From a virus (Duplodnaviria > Caudoviricetes): a stretch of 64,000 nucleotides of DNA. The stretch is from the IMG/VR virus record IMGVR_UViG_3300031994_000025, positions 76,422 to 140,421 of that record, one strand, 5' to 3'. A program made the translations under genes and the position numbers. The notes under the pieces are model-generated. The model ran no database searches. It worked only from the letters and a program-made list of their open reading frames with translations, and was not told the origin of the DNA. Below are positions 1 through 9,766 of the stretch, piece after piece. Each line of letters starts with the position of its first letter. Within the stretch, counting starts at the first letter, position 1.

Positions 1-435
1 GCTGAGCCGGTGGAGGACGTGCTGATCAGCATACTCGACTACCTGCGCGAGACCGTGAAGCAGTACCGGCTGGAGAGCATCTGCCTCTGGTGCCAGGGCA
101 TGGACGTGGACATCGCCATCCTGCGCAACCTCTGCAAGAAGTACGACGTTGACTTGGAGAACGAAATCCCCCACACCTCGTTCCGCGACTGTCGCACGGT
201 GATACTGGAGGCAGCGCTGACAGAAGCCGAGCGCAGCATGGCCGGTAAGAGCACGCGGGCCAACGGCATCGCCCTACCCTATCAGATACAGGCCGACCCG
301 ACGCTGGCCTACAAAATCTTCTTATCCCTACCCTCTCACTACGCCGAGGGCCGCGAGGCCCACGACGCCCTCTACGACGCGCTGCGCTCCACATGGTACA
401 CCTGGCAAGCACTGAAATCCCTAAACAATGAATGA
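1..435 (+). CDS. 3'-5' exonuclease (DEDD, Rv2179c-like), 5'-truncated by the window edge
   Basis: Motifs LWCQGMDVDIAIL, FRDCRT and HDALYDA; frame open from base 1. Confidence 0.65.
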   Translation, partial: AEPVEDVLISILDYLRETVKQYRLESICLWCQGMDVDIAILRNLCKKYDVDLENEIPHTSFRDCRTVILEAALTEAERSMAGKSTRANGIALPYQIQADPTLAYKIFLSLPSHYAEGREAHDALYDALRSTWYTWQALKSLNNE

Positions 436-486
436 TATGACAACAGACAATATCCCAGAAATCTGGTATTCCTAACAAAAGAGATT

Positions 487-879
487 ATGATACAAGCATT
501 ACAGACAATCGCCTCAATTTTCGCCATGCTCTGCTACGGCGCGATAACGTACTTTGCCGTCAGCGCATGGTTCAAGCTGCGCCGCATGGAGAAGCAGATG
601 GACGAGGTGAAGTATGCCGCCATGACGGCGATGGCAGTGACGATGGGCGAGCACCTGCGCCAGTCGTTCAACGAGATTAACCGCATGCAGGACCAGTTGC
701 GCAGCCTGGTGGAGCAGGAGCGCTACGAGGAAGCCGAGCGCATGAAGTCGTTCATCAGCGACGCCCAACAGTCGGCAATGAGGGAGATGAAGAAATTTAA
801 GCAGCACTTCGGCGAAGACATCTGCGACGTGAACGTGATGAACATCCACGTCAACAGCGGAAAGGAGGACGGCGAATGA
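487..879 (+). CDS. Hypothetical protein with N-terminal TM helix and UVR-like coiled coil
   Basis: Hydrophobic N-terminus; LVEQERYEEAERMK resembles the UvrB/C motif. Confidence 0.6.
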   Translation: MIQALQTIASIFAMLCYGAITYFAVSAWFKLRRMEKQMDEVKYAAMTAMAVTMGEHLRQSFNEINRMQDQLRSLVEQERYEEAERMKSFISDAQQSAMREMKKFKQHFGEDICDVNVMNIHVNSGKEDGE

Positions 880-924
880 AACGATAATTTATTTTTTAAC
901 CCAATCAAAAAAAACATTACGACA

Positions 925-1167
925 ATGGAAAGAACAGACATTGAGAAAAAAGTGCAGGACATCCTCGTTGACAAGCTCGGCTTGGATGCCAGCGAAGTGA
1001 AACCGGAGGCAAACCTGAAGGACGATCTCGGAGCCGACTCGCTCGACGAGGCGGAATTGATCATGGAGACGGAGAAGGAGTTCGGCATCGGCATCACCGA
1101 CGACGAAGCCGAGCAGGTGAAGACCGTCGCCGACCTCTGCGACCTCGTGGAGCGGAAGGTAGGATAA
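925..1167 (+). CDS. acpP: Acyl carrier protein
   Basis: 80 aa, acidic; DDLGADSLD phosphopantetheine-attachment motif and EKEFGIGITDDEAEQVKTV. Confidence 0.93.
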   Translation: MERTDIEKKVQDILVDKLGLDASEVKPEANLKDDLGADSLDEAELIMETEKEFGIGITDDEAEQVKTVADLCDLVERKVG

Positions 1168-1181
1168 TCGAAACAGCGATT

Positions 1182-2120
1182 ATGACCCTCAAACAAGCAT
1201 TCACACAATGGGCGGCGGCACCGCGCAACACGGTGCTGGCAGCCAAGAGCCGCCAGGCCGTGCAGCGCGTGCTGATGCGGCAGTACGGCGACCTCCATCT
1301 GGAAGTATTCACCGAGGCCTTCTGCCGACGGCTGTTCAGCGAGTGCCGCGAGATACAGGAACTGAAGGTCAAGGCAGCCTCCGTGCTCGTCTATGTCCTA
1401 CAATGGGGCGGCGACCACGGCCACTGCCAGCGACCGAAGTTCACCTACGAGATAGCCACGGAGGAACACCGCAAGTGCCAGAGCCAGACCGAGCAGCCAG
1501 CCGACAAGCCCGCCGAGCCAAAGCCCGCATCGGGCCAGAATCGGGACAAAATCGGGCCAAAGCCCGACTCCTGCGACGGCTGCAACAACGTGAAGGGCTG
1601 CATCAACTGCACCGACGGCTCGGAGCGGGCAGTCATCACAGAGCCAAAGCCCACATCAAACGAAACATCAAGCGAAACGACAATGGAACAACAGACCACC
1701 AAGAAGAAGACGCGAAGCAAAGCCCCGCGACCCGTCGTGCAGATAGACCCCGCGACGCTCGAAGCCGTCAAGGAATGGCCCTCGATGGCAGAAGCCGCCG
1801 ATGCAGTCGGCAGCCTGCCCAGCAACATCCACCGCGCCGTCACCCAACTGCGCACCGCCGCCGGCTACTACTGGTGCGACCCCGAGAACGCTCCGCAGTT
1901 CGCCGACACCATGGACCGCAAGAAGACCATCACTGCCACCCGCCGCGCCATCGCCGCCACCATCAACAAGGGCCGCCGGAAGCAGGTGGGCGACGCCAAG
2001 GCTGAGAAGGCCAAGGCCGAGAAGCAGGAGCAGCCCCTCGCCGCCTTCACCGACCGCGACCTCTGCGACGAGCTGCGCCGCCGTGGATGGAGCATCACCC
2101 TCACGATGGCCGCCGACTGA
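1182..2120 (+). CDS. NUMOD1-like DNA-binding domain protein
   Basis: PVVQID...EWPSMAEAA...NIHRAV...TAAGYYW; also a CxxC-x5-CxxC cluster. Confidence 0.6.
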   Translation: MTLKQAFTQWAAAPRNTVLAAKSRQAVQRVLMRQYGDLHLEVFTEAFCRRLFSECREIQELKVKAASVLVYVLQWGGDHGHCQRPKFTYEIATEEHRKCQSQTEQPADKPAEPKPASGQNRDKIGPKPDSCDGCNNVKGCINCTDGSERAVITEPKPTSNETSSETTMEQQTTKKKTRSKAPRPVVQIDPATLEAVKEWPSMAEAADAVGSLPSNIHRAVTQLRTAAGYYWCDPENAPQFADTMDRKKTITATRRAIAATINKGRRKQVGDAKAEKAKAEKQEQPLAAFTDRDLCDELRRRGWSITLTMAAD

Positions 2121-2185
2121 AATAATTTTTAATCCTAATTTTTAAATAATTTCCCTGCGAAATCAGGCCAAAACAAAAGAGCGGT

Positions 2186-2515
2186 ATGGAAAGAAACATC
2201 ACCATCAAAGTGACGCGCCATGAGGCGACCGTCATTTTCGCGGCTCTCGGCACGCTGAAGAACCGCACGGCGCAGAAAGCACGCTGGCAGAACATCAAGC
2301 GGATGCGCACGTTAAGACAGCGGCTGGCCGTGGCCATCACCATCGGCGACGAGAAGGAACAGGCCGACGTCCGCCGCGCCATCGAGCACAGCGAACATCA
2401 GCACCGTAAGTTCAGCGTCCGCGCCGCAGGCATCGGCGGGCTGCAAGAGCACGTCAGGCTGTCGGCTGGCATAGCGAAGGACGAGAAAATCAACTACGAG
2501 AGCGACAACATATAA
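2186..2515 (+). CDS. Hypothetical protein
   Basis: ORF preceded by AAGAGCGGT-ATG leader. Confidence 0.65.
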   Translation: MERNITIKVTRHEATVIFAALGTLKNRTAQKARWQNIKRMRTLRQRLAVAITIGDEKEQADVRRAIEHSEHQHRKFSVRAAGIGGLQEHVRLSAGIAKDEKINYESDNI

Positions 2516-2540
2516 AGTCCGACTAAATACAAAGAGCGAT

Positions 2541-2720
2541 ATGAAAGTAAAGAAACACTACGAGCAGGATCACGTCATCCTGTATGTGACGGAGGGCGAC
2601 CTCCAGACCACCATCACCCTGGAGAGCGACCGCCAGATGAAGCGGCTGGCCGACTGCCTCATAGACCTCTACCGCACCGACGGCAGGGAGGTGAGCATCG
2701 GGGAAACGAAGGGGGAATAA
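2541..2720 (+). CDS. Hypothetical protein, 59 aa (not in ORF track)
   Basis: MKVKKHYEQDHVILYV...; starts at the AAGAGCGATATG motif and fills the intergenic gap. Confidence 0.65.
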   Translation: MKVKKHYEQDHVILYVTEGDLQTTITLESDRQMKRLADCLIDLYRTDGREVSIGETKGE

Positions 2721-2750
2721 TGTAAAACGGATAAAACAAGTAAGAGCGAT

Positions 2751-3596
2751 ATGGACTACGAAGACATAAAACATGCAGCCTCCGTGCTGAGCGAAGTCAG
2801 CCGATGGCGCGACTACGTTACCAAGGAGAGGTTCTGTCTGATAGCCAAGGCCCGATTCGGGATTGAAGACGGTGAACTCTGCGACGTGATGTACGGACTG
2901 ATGCAGATGCCGCTGCCCAGACTGATAGCCTGCATGTCCATCGAACACAACGGATCCGACGGCGGCTACCGTATGCCGCGAGGCTGGAAGCACATGGCGA
3001 AGGCCGTGGAAATCATGCAGGCCGCCGACACCCTGCGGCCACGCGACTACTACGACGACACCGACGAGGTGCCAGCCATCGACAAGGATCACGGCGGCTA
3101 CCGCTACGACCGGCGCCGGTACTTCTACACCCGTGGCGGCGACCGGCAGATACACTATGCCGACATCAGCATGGCAAGACGTGACGACATCGCCCTGCTC
3201 GCCGAACTGCTGTCCGGGGACGGTGTGGCGATAAAGGGCGTGGCCCACTACATCGACTCGCTCGACGGACAGCTGGAGGGCAACGCCAAGCGCGAGCGAT
3301 TCGACTACTACGACGGCGACTGCTACCTGCTCTGGGGCGACCCTGCCGACCGCACCTTCTACGACTACTTCTCGCGTGGCGACTATGCAGGCGTGTATAT
3401 GGCCACCGACAAGGGATGGCGTAAGCTGCTCTACACCCCCGGTCGCGGCTATCTCGACAAGGAGGGCGAGCCGCAGTTTGTCGACGACGACCACTTCTAC
3501 TCTAACTACATGCTCGAAGCCAACGGCAAGGGCTTCCGCTACGTCGGAAACTTCATAGCAAGGCCCGAGGTGCTGAGAGAAACCAAGGAGGACTGA
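2751..3596 (+). CDS. Hypothetical protein
   Basis: 281-aa ORF, AAGAGCGATATG start, typical codon bias. Confidence 0.75.
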   Translation: MDYEDIKHAASVLSEVSRWRDYVTKERFCLIAKARFGIEDGELCDVMYGLMQMPLPRLIACMSIEHNGSDGGYRMPRGWKHMAKAVEIMQAADTLRPRDYYDDTDEVPAIDKDHGGYRYDRRRYFYTRGGDRQIHYADISMARRDDIALLAELLSGDGVAIKGVAHYIDSLDGQLEGNAKRERFDYYDGDCYLLWGDPADRTFYDYFSRGDYAGVYMATDKGWRKLLYTPGRGYLDKEGEPQFVDDDHFYSNYMLEANGKGFRYVGNFIARPEVLRETKED

Positions 3597-3777
3597 GCCA
3601 TGGGAGAAATGAAATGGAACTTTAACCTGTTCGGCATCCGTATAGGATGGTACAAACACTTTTCAGCCGTTTGTTACGACCGCAGGAACCGACTCCTGCA
3701 AATCGGCAAACTGGAACTCTGGGTTTATGGATTGAATTAAACGGCAGAAGATAACAACAAAAAAAACAAAGAGCGAT

Positions 3778-4197
3778 ATGGAACAGATTACACTGACAAG
3801 AGAAGAACTGCTGGAGCTGGCGAGGGTGGTGACATTCCACCTCGACGACCGGCTCGTACCCTACAGCCGCGAAGACCTGCGGGCAATGTCATGGATAGAG
3901 GGCTTCATGTTTGCAAAGCGTCATCAACAGAAGACCGAAGACGAGAAAGAGCCTGCACCAGTGCCAGCCCCCTGCTGCATACAGAAAATCCTACGCAACG
4001 TGGTAAGCAAAATGCTGAACTACTGGCTCCTGTGTACAGACGACTATGGACCCTTCCATAAGGGCGAGCGCTACTGGCTGGAACTGTTGGAGAGTGGCCG
4101 TGTCTGCGGGCGCAGCGACAACATGAAGGGAAAGAAAACCGACATCACCCTCGTCGAGCTACTGAGTTGCTTCGATGTAACGGACGACAAGGTTTAA
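3778..4197 (+). CDS. Hypothetical protein
   Basis: AAGAGCGATATG start. Confidence 0.7.
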   Translation: MEQITLTREELLELARVVTFHLDDRLVPYSREDLRAMSWIEGFMFAKRHQQKTEDEKEPAPVPAPCCIQKILRNVVSKMLNYWLLCTDDYGPFHKGERYWLELLESGRVCGRSDNMKGKKTDITLVELLSCFDVTDDKV

Positions 4198-4219
4198 CCT
4201 ATAAAAACAAAAGAGCGAT

Positions 4220-4756
4220 ATGAACGAGACAAAACAAATCTGGCATTCGCTGGCCGAGGTGCCGGACTTCAGCAGGAGCAAGGACGGTATTCTGCGGATA
4301 ATGCTGACCAACGGCAAGGAGATGCACCCGATGGACAACTGCACCGAGGACAACTTCAAGTACATGCACCTCTACTACTACGGCGCAAAGGCGTGGGCCT
4401 ACTACGGCGACCTGCTGCCCGACAAGGTGGCAGAAGAACCGGAAAGGAGTAGTGCCTACGAGTTCGTTGACGACAGCGAGAAGATCTACAAATGGTTGTT
4501 CTCCGACAATCTGAAGCTGATAGGAATAGCCAATTTAAAATTCGGCGACAAGATTACCGAACAGGACAACTTTATCATCACCATCGAACAAAGCGCAGGC
4601 GGAATCGACAAGGCCGACATCAGCCTGGAGTACCCACGAGACAATGGTAACAACTACGGTGGCAACATCACCGTCGAAGGCGACCCGCAGGAGTTCGTGA
4701 GCCGTCTCGTGGAAGAACGGCACATCAGAGTAATCCCACCGACAAACTTCAAATAA
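4220..4756 (+). CDS. Hypothetical protein
   Basis: AAGAGCGATATG start. Confidence 0.7.
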   Translation: MNETKQIWHSLAEVPDFSRSKDGILRIMLTNGKEMHPMDNCTEDNFKYMHLYYYGAKAWAYYGDLLPDKVAEEPERSSAYEFVDDSEKIYKWLFSDNLKLIGIANLKFGDKITEQDNFIITIEQSAGGIDKADISLEYPRDNGNNYGGNITVEGDPQEFVSRLVEERHIRVIPPTNFK

Positions 4757-4768
4757 CCCCGCTGAACT

Positions 4769-5782
4769 ATGGCCCTACCCTCAAAGACCAACGTACTCAC
4801 TGCGCTGCCCGAAGTACCCCAGTCCTGGAGCGAGCTGTCATGGCAGCAGCTCTGCGGCTGCTGGCAGGCCAAGATGCGCTACGGCGGCAATGCCGACGTG
4901 GCACGCGCCGCCGCCCTGCTGGCCGTCTGCGGGCTGACCGTCGTGGGCCGCGAGCCTGCCGACGCCCGGACGGGCGAAACCGTCTACCGCCTGAAGGACC
5001 AGGACGGACAGGCGTGGACGGCGACGGCACGCGAACTCGCACACCTCGCACGGCAGACGATGCCGTGGTACGACTATCCCTACGGCGACCGTGGTGACGA
5101 GGCGGTGAAGGACGAGAAGGGCAAGGTGATCCGCGAGGCCCGCGACCCGGTACACGGCTACGTCAACCCCGACTGGCGCGACGCCATGCGGCTGCCGGAA
5201 GAGAACATCACGGTTTGCAACATCACGTTTTCCCTCCCAGGCCTCGCCTGCAACAACCTTACGTGGGAGCAGTATCGCAGCATCCAGCCCCTCGTGCCCC
5301 TGCTGTGGCGCGAGGAAACGGGCGACGAGGAGCGTGCCCAGTTGCAGGCAGAGTTCGTGGCCCACTGCCTCGTGCCCGAGCAGCAGGCAGCACCAAACAC
5401 CGCCCATCCCGACCGCTTCCAGCCCCCTCATGACTTCAAGTACGACGCGGCGCGTGCCGAGCAGTCGGTGGCCTTCTGGCGAGAGCAACTGCAGCAGCAG
5501 CCGTGGCTATATCATATCTGCTTCCAGGTGTATCAGACCGCCGTGCAGTACTACGAGACCGTCTATCCACTCCTCTTCAGCGGCGGCGGCAAGGACGACC
5601 CCCTGCGCGACGCCCTCACCGGCGAGGTGGGCACCATCAACGCCGTGATGAAGTACGCGCGCTACCGCAGCCAGCAGGAGGTCTATGCCTCCTTCCTCCC
5701 CTACATCCTCGACATCCTGAACACCATGACCAAGGAGGCCAAGGAAATCGAGAAAATGAACTCACGAATCAGGAAGAAATAA
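4769..5782 (+). CDS. Phage protein of unknown function
   Basis: 337-aa ORF with strong codon bias; N-terminal VPQSWSELSWQQL. Confidence 0.75.
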   Translation: MALPSKTNVLTALPEVPQSWSELSWQQLCGCWQAKMRYGGNADVARAAALLAVCGLTVVGREPADARTGETVYRLKDQDGQAWTATARELAHLARQTMPWYDYPYGDRGDEAVKDEKGKVIREARDPVHGYVNPDWRDAMRLPEENITVCNITFSLPGLACNNLTWEQYRSIQPLVPLLWREETGDEERAQLQAEFVAHCLVPEQQAAPNTAHPDRFQPPHDFKYDAARAEQSVAFWREQLQQQPWLYHICFQVYQTAVQYYETVYPLLFSGGGKDDPLRDALTGEVGTINAVMKYARYRSQQEVYASFLPYILDILNTMTKEAKEIEKMNSRIRKK

Positions 5783-5820
5783 CAAGGAAGTTACATTATG
5801 AATCCCAAACGCAATACAAT

Positions 5821-6798
5821 ATGAAAATCCTATCAAGACCTAAGAAGAATGCCGAGGAGTACGGCAGATGGGCAGTGAACCCGTATGTCGGGTGTAGCAA
5901 CCAGTGTGAGTACTGCTATTTGCGGAAAGGCCCGTCTGGCAAATACCTCGGGCAAGACCACCCCGTGCTGAAGAAGGGTGTGGTGAATAAGGAACATGCC
6001 TATCACCTGGCGATGACCGAAATCATCGAGCACAAGGACGAGATCATCCGCGACGGCGGGTTGTTCTTCACCTTCACCAGCGACCCGTGTCTGCCGAATA
6101 CGCGCAACCTGTCGCTGACCATCGCCCACGATGCAACCTACCAGATGCGCATCCCCGTGATGTTACTTACCAAGGATACTACTTTTCTCAACCTCGATTC
6201 ATTTACCGAGCAATTACTTGGATATGATAAAACAGAACAATGGAGCCGCAGTATTCCCTTCTATCATACAGGCCACGGACGGCTCAGCTTCATCGATAAC
6301 CCGCACTTTACCAGCGACCCCGACCCCATAGCATTCGGATTCACGTTGACGGGACACGACGAACTGGAATCCGGCGCCTCGCCCAACGCCAAGCGCATTG
6401 AGGCTATGAGCCGACTGTCTGCCGCAGGTTTCAAGACCTGGGCCAGCATCGAGCCGGTCATTGACTTCGACTCCAGCTTCCGCATGATACAGCAGGCGCT
6501 CGACGCGGGCTGCCGGCACTTCAAAATCGGACTGATGACCGAGCGCACAAAGGTATGTCGCAGTGGCTTCACGCTGGGCGGCAGGACATTCGAACCCTAC
6601 GACCCCGCCCGCTGCCTGGCCTTCGTTCAGGACGTGATGCAGCAGACCCGCGACCGCGCTACGGTCTATTGGAAGCAGTCGTTCCGCGACTTTATAGGCG
6701 GCACCGACAAGCACCGCCTGTTCAGCGACGACGAGCTGCACAAGATCTTCGACGACTATCCCAATGCCGTCGGCAAGGACTGGACGATGTTCAAGTGA
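5821..6798 (+). CDS. Radical SAM protein (SPL-like family)
   Basis: NPYVGCSNQCEYCY (CxxxCxxC), FTSDP and WASIEPV; start reassigned to the ATG at 5821. Confidence 0.85.
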   Translation: MKILSRPKKNAEEYGRWAVNPYVGCSNQCEYCYLRKGPSGKYLGQDHPVLKKGVVNKEHAYHLAMTEIIEHKDEIIRDGGLFFTFTSDPCLPNTRNLSLTIAHDATYQMRIPVMLLTKDTTFLNLDSFTEQLLGYDKTEQWSRSIPFYHTGHGRLSFIDNPHFTSDPDPIAFGFTLTGHDELESGASPNAKRIEAMSRLSAAGFKTWASIEPVIDFDSSFRMIQQALDAGCRHFKIGLMTERTKVCRSGFTLGGRTFEPYDPARCLAFVQDVMQQTRDRATVYWKQSFRDFIGGTDKHRLFSDDELHKIFDDYPNAVGKDWTMFK

Positions 6799-6835
6799 TT
6801 TTTAACGACCACGAATTTTACGAATTTAAAGCGAT

Positions 6836-7087
6836 ATGAAAAAACGAGAAGACATCGAACGACTGTTCAAGAACGATCCGTGGTATGCCTACAAGGAAGG
6901 GTATAACGACGGATGGGGCGAGACAGAGCAACGCATCTGGTACAACCTGCGCAATCACGCCGCCATCGCAGCCATGCAAGGACTGCTCTGTGCGCCCAGC
7001 TTCAGAGCCGACAGAGGTAGCATCGACATGCTGACATCCGACGCTGTTGAAATAGCCAACAGGCTTATTGAGAAACTAAAACAATAA
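6836..7087 (+). CDS. Hypothetical phage protein
   Basis: AAIAAMQGLL...AVEIANRLIEKLK motif common in small phage proteins. Confidence 0.7.
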   Translation: MKKREDIERLFKNDPWYAYKEGYNDGWGETEQRIWYNLRNHAAIAAMQGLLCAPSFRADRGSIDMLTSDAVEIANRLIEKLKQ

Positions 7088-7093
7088 ACGACT

Positions 7094-7276
7094 ATGGTAC
7101 ATTTCGGAAAAACGCAGCCCGACGAACTGCAGATTATCGTCACTGGCCAGGACATCGAGTCGCTGCGCCGCATGATTGTTTCATCTTCGCTCATGGAACG
7201 TCGCAAGTTCTATAGACTGAAAGAGTATATCGAAACGGAGTTCAAGGGCATTATCATCAAACAGGCAAGCGTATGA
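7094..7276 (+). CDS. Hypothetical protein
   Basis: Short ORF overlapping the next start (ATGA). Confidence 0.55.
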   Translation: MVHFGKTQPDELQIIVTGQDIESLRRMIVSSSLMERRKFYRLKEYIETEFKGIIIKQASV

Positions 7277-7671
7277 AGATTATAGACCGCGAGACATTCA
7301 AGCGGATGCCGAAAGGCACTGTGTTCTGCAAGTTCCCAAGGCTGAACAAGCAGACGAACAGCTACGACACCTACATGTTCGGAATGACCGACCCGATGAT
7401 TCTCGACGGCCCGTGGGACGTAGACTTCTACTACACACAGCCTGGCTTCATGACTCCCGTCGAGAGCAGCGGCAGTTCAGAGGGCGACGAAATCATGATG
7501 GATATGGAACAACATCTGGGCAAGGAAGTTCCATTCGAGGCTTTCAGTTGTCGCGACGGCATGTACGAGGATAACGACGAGGTTGGCTTTGCCATCTATT
7601 CGCGTCATGAGGTGCAGCAGATGATTGATCTGCTGCAGCAAGCCCTCAAAGACGGCTATCCGGAGGAGTGA
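7273..7671 (+). CDS. Hypothetical protein
   Basis: ORF in operon. Confidence 0.7.
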   Translation: MKIIDRETFKRMPKGTVFCKFPRLNKQTNSYDTYMFGMTDPMILDGPWDVDFYYTQPGFMTPVESSGSSEGDEIMMDMEQHLGKEVPFEAFSCRDGMYEDNDEVGFAIYSRHEVQQMIDLLQQALKDGYPEE

Positions 7672-7708
7672 AACAATAATTACTGATAATTCTTTCAAGA
7701 CAAAAGTT

Positions 7709-7975
7709 ATGGACAGACTGCCAGAGTGGATGTTCTTCAACGGCACCACTTACTATTTGCACTATCTACCGTGTACTCAGACGTTAAACGACTGGCACGG
7801 CTATTTCTATTCAGCATCGAAAGAAGGTAGTGATATTATACCGCCTTATGTAACAGACGGAAAGTCCTCTTATTATCTCATATCATGTGACCCTGTGAAG
7901 GAACAGGCTTACGATGATTTGTTAGACAGAGTAAACAGAATGAAACCATGGCTTATCAAACAGACAGAACAATGA
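7709..7975 (+). CDS. Hypothetical protein
   Basis: ATG at 7709; lower GC. Confidence 0.55.
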   Translation: MDRLPEWMFFNGTTYYLHYLPCTQTLNDWHGYFYSASKEGSDIIPPYVTDGKSSYYLISCDPVKEQAYDDLLDRVNRMKPWLIKQTEQ

Positions 7976-8280
7976 CAGACAAAAAGAGTGACCTCGGCAG
8001 TCTGCTAATACAGTTCGCCAAGGCAAATGGTCTGGAGTGGACAAAGAACGATACTGGCGTGGCCTGCCTGATGAACGGCGGTCAAACGCTAACGATATTC
8101 AACAAACCGACAATAATGGCCAGCCGCCCGCAACGAGGTATCATCTACGGAACTATATACTACCCGGATAGGAAATCCTACCCGATACGCTTCGTGGACG
8201 ATATTACAATCGCCTACCTACGCAAGAAAATAACAGAATCTTTACTCGGTCAAACTGCTGGGCAGATGGACGGAGGATGA
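7972..8280 (+). CDS. Hypothetical protein
   Basis: ATG overlaps the previous stop (ATGA). Confidence 0.55.
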   Translation: MTDKKSDLGSLLIQFAKANGLEWTKNDTGVACLMNGGQTLTIFNKPTIMASRPQRGIIYGTIYYPDRKSYPIRFVDDITIAYLRKKITESLLGQTAGQMDGG

Positions 8281-8370
8281 CGAGGGCGTCACCTTCAGAG
8301 GAAAACCGATAGAGTGAATTTCAAGGGCGAAAGCCCGACCAGTTAATAACCCAATAAAACATTAACAACA

Positions 8371-8832
8371 ATGAGATTAAGAACAGCAACATGGTTTGAG
8401 TGCAAGATCCGTTACGAGAAGACAACGGAAGAAGGTTTGCAGAAGAAAGTGACAGAACAGTATGTCGTGGATGCCCTCAGTTTCAGCGAGGCCGAGAAGC
8501 GTATCATCGAGGAAATGTCCGCCTACATCAGCGGCGAGTTTGAGGTGACCGACGTAAAGAAGGCACAGTACAAGGAGGTGTTCTTCAGCGACGCGGCGAA
8601 TGACGACCGCTACTACAAGGCCAAGCTCGCGTTCATCACCATCGATGAGCGCACGGAAAAGGAGAAGCGCAGCAACGTCACCTACCTCGTGCAGGCCTCC
8701 ACACTCGACGGTGCAGTCAAGAACATCAACGAGGTGATGGACGGCACGATGATAGACTACGAGAAGAGCAACATCGCCGAGACGAAGATTATCGACGTCT
8801 TCGAGTACAAGAAAGAGGACAGCGAAGAATAG
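8371..8832 (+). CDS. DUF4494-family protein
   Basis: WFECKIRYEK...QKKVTEQYVVDALSFSEAE, a Bacteroidota family signature. Confidence 0.85.
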   Translation: MRLRTATWFECKIRYEKTTEEGLQKKVTEQYVVDALSFSEAEKRIIEEMSAYISGEFEVTDVKKAQYKEVFFSDAANDDRYYKAKLAFITIDERTEKEKRSNVTYLVQASTLDGAVKNINEVMDGTMIDYEKSNIAETKIIDVFEYKKEDSEE

Positions 8833-8912
8833 AGAATGAGACACCGCCACTGACCCTCCCCTTGTATGGGAGGGCAGGAGTGGGGTCAGTAACTTGTAAA
8901 AATAAAAGCGTT

Positions 8913-9241
8913 ATGAATGAACAAGTAGACATTCTGAACCTGCTGAAGGACAAGTCGGGACTGCTGAAGTACATCCTCGACATGATAGAATCGAGCGACA
9001 AGTTCGCGCGAAACCTGCCCGAACTGCGCCAACGCGGCTGGTCGGAGCAGGGAATGCTCGACAAGGTGCTGGAAATCTCAGCCATCCAGTCGCAGCAGAT
9101 CAAACACTCGCACTGGTAGCCCTGCTGCTGGTGCAGTCGGACGACTTCAACTCAATGGTGGCAACACTGATGATCAAGATGGGGCGCGGCGACGAAGCCC
9201 TCCGCGCCATGTTCGATGCCTTACTAAAAGGAAAGGGGTAA
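8913..9241 (+). pseudogene. Hypothetical gene split by a 1-nt frameshift near 9105 (or a sequencing indel)
   Basis: The first frame stops at 9119; the -1 frame continues LALVALLLVQSDDFNSM...KGKG to TAA 9241, 3 nt before the next gene. Confidence 0.55.
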
Positions 9242-9244
9242 GTA

Positions 9245-9760
9245 ATGAAACGACAGAAAGTTTATATCTCTGGCCCGATGACTTCGAGCGACAGCGAGGA
9301 GCAGGTGCGGAACGTGCAGGCGTTTCACGACTGCGCCACGCTGCTGCGGGCCTCGGGCTGCCGACCCGTGAACCCGGCCAATGCCTGGCCCTGCAAGCAC
9401 CCGCGCATCTACCGCCTGCTGGAGCGCGTACTGGGCAAAGAGCGTGCCTACCGCACGGTGCTCGTCTACGACCTCTGGCTGCTGTCCCGCTCGGACACCA
9501 TCTGCATGATAGACAAATGGCAGGAGTCGAGGGGCGCGAAGATAGAGGAGAACTTTGCCTTCCGCCTGGGCATCGTCCGCTCGCACACCTACGACCAGAA
9601 GCAGCAAAAGCTCATGCCCTTTCTTCCTGGCAAGAAGAAGCGTAAATTAGACGAGCAGCAGCCCGTCAGCGAAGTCGCCGCTGCCTTCACCGCCCTCGGC
9701 AAGGCCATGAGCCGCATGGACGGCAGTAATAAAAAGAATGAACTCAAACGAAACAAATAG
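9245..9760 (+). CDS. DUF4406 / nucleoside deoxyribosyltransferase-like protein
   Basis: KVYISGPMT...VNPA...WQESRGAKIE. Confidence 0.75.
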   Translation: MKRQKVYISGPMTSSDSEEQVRNVQAFHDCATLLRASGCRPVNPANAWPCKHPRIYRLLERVLGKERAYRTVLVYDLWLLSRSDTICMIDKWQESRGAKIEENFAFRLGIVRSHTYDQKQQKLMPFLPGKKKRKLDEQQPVSEVAAAFTALGKAMSRMDGSNKKNELKRNK

Positions 9761-9766
9761 CATTTT

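Noticed and set aside
5503-5820. N-terminal extension of the radical SAM ORF
   Set aside because: Overlaps the upstream gene out of frame; ATG 5821 with an AT-rich leader is the better start
7243-7250. CAAGGGCA copy as a late promoter
   Set aside because: Intragenic and lacks the downstream element at N19-20; the copy at 41046 also lacks it
8281-8345. GGGC-GAAA-GCCC tetraloop as an ncRNA or tRNA
   Set aside because: Only a 4-bp stem; no cloverleaf or larger fold
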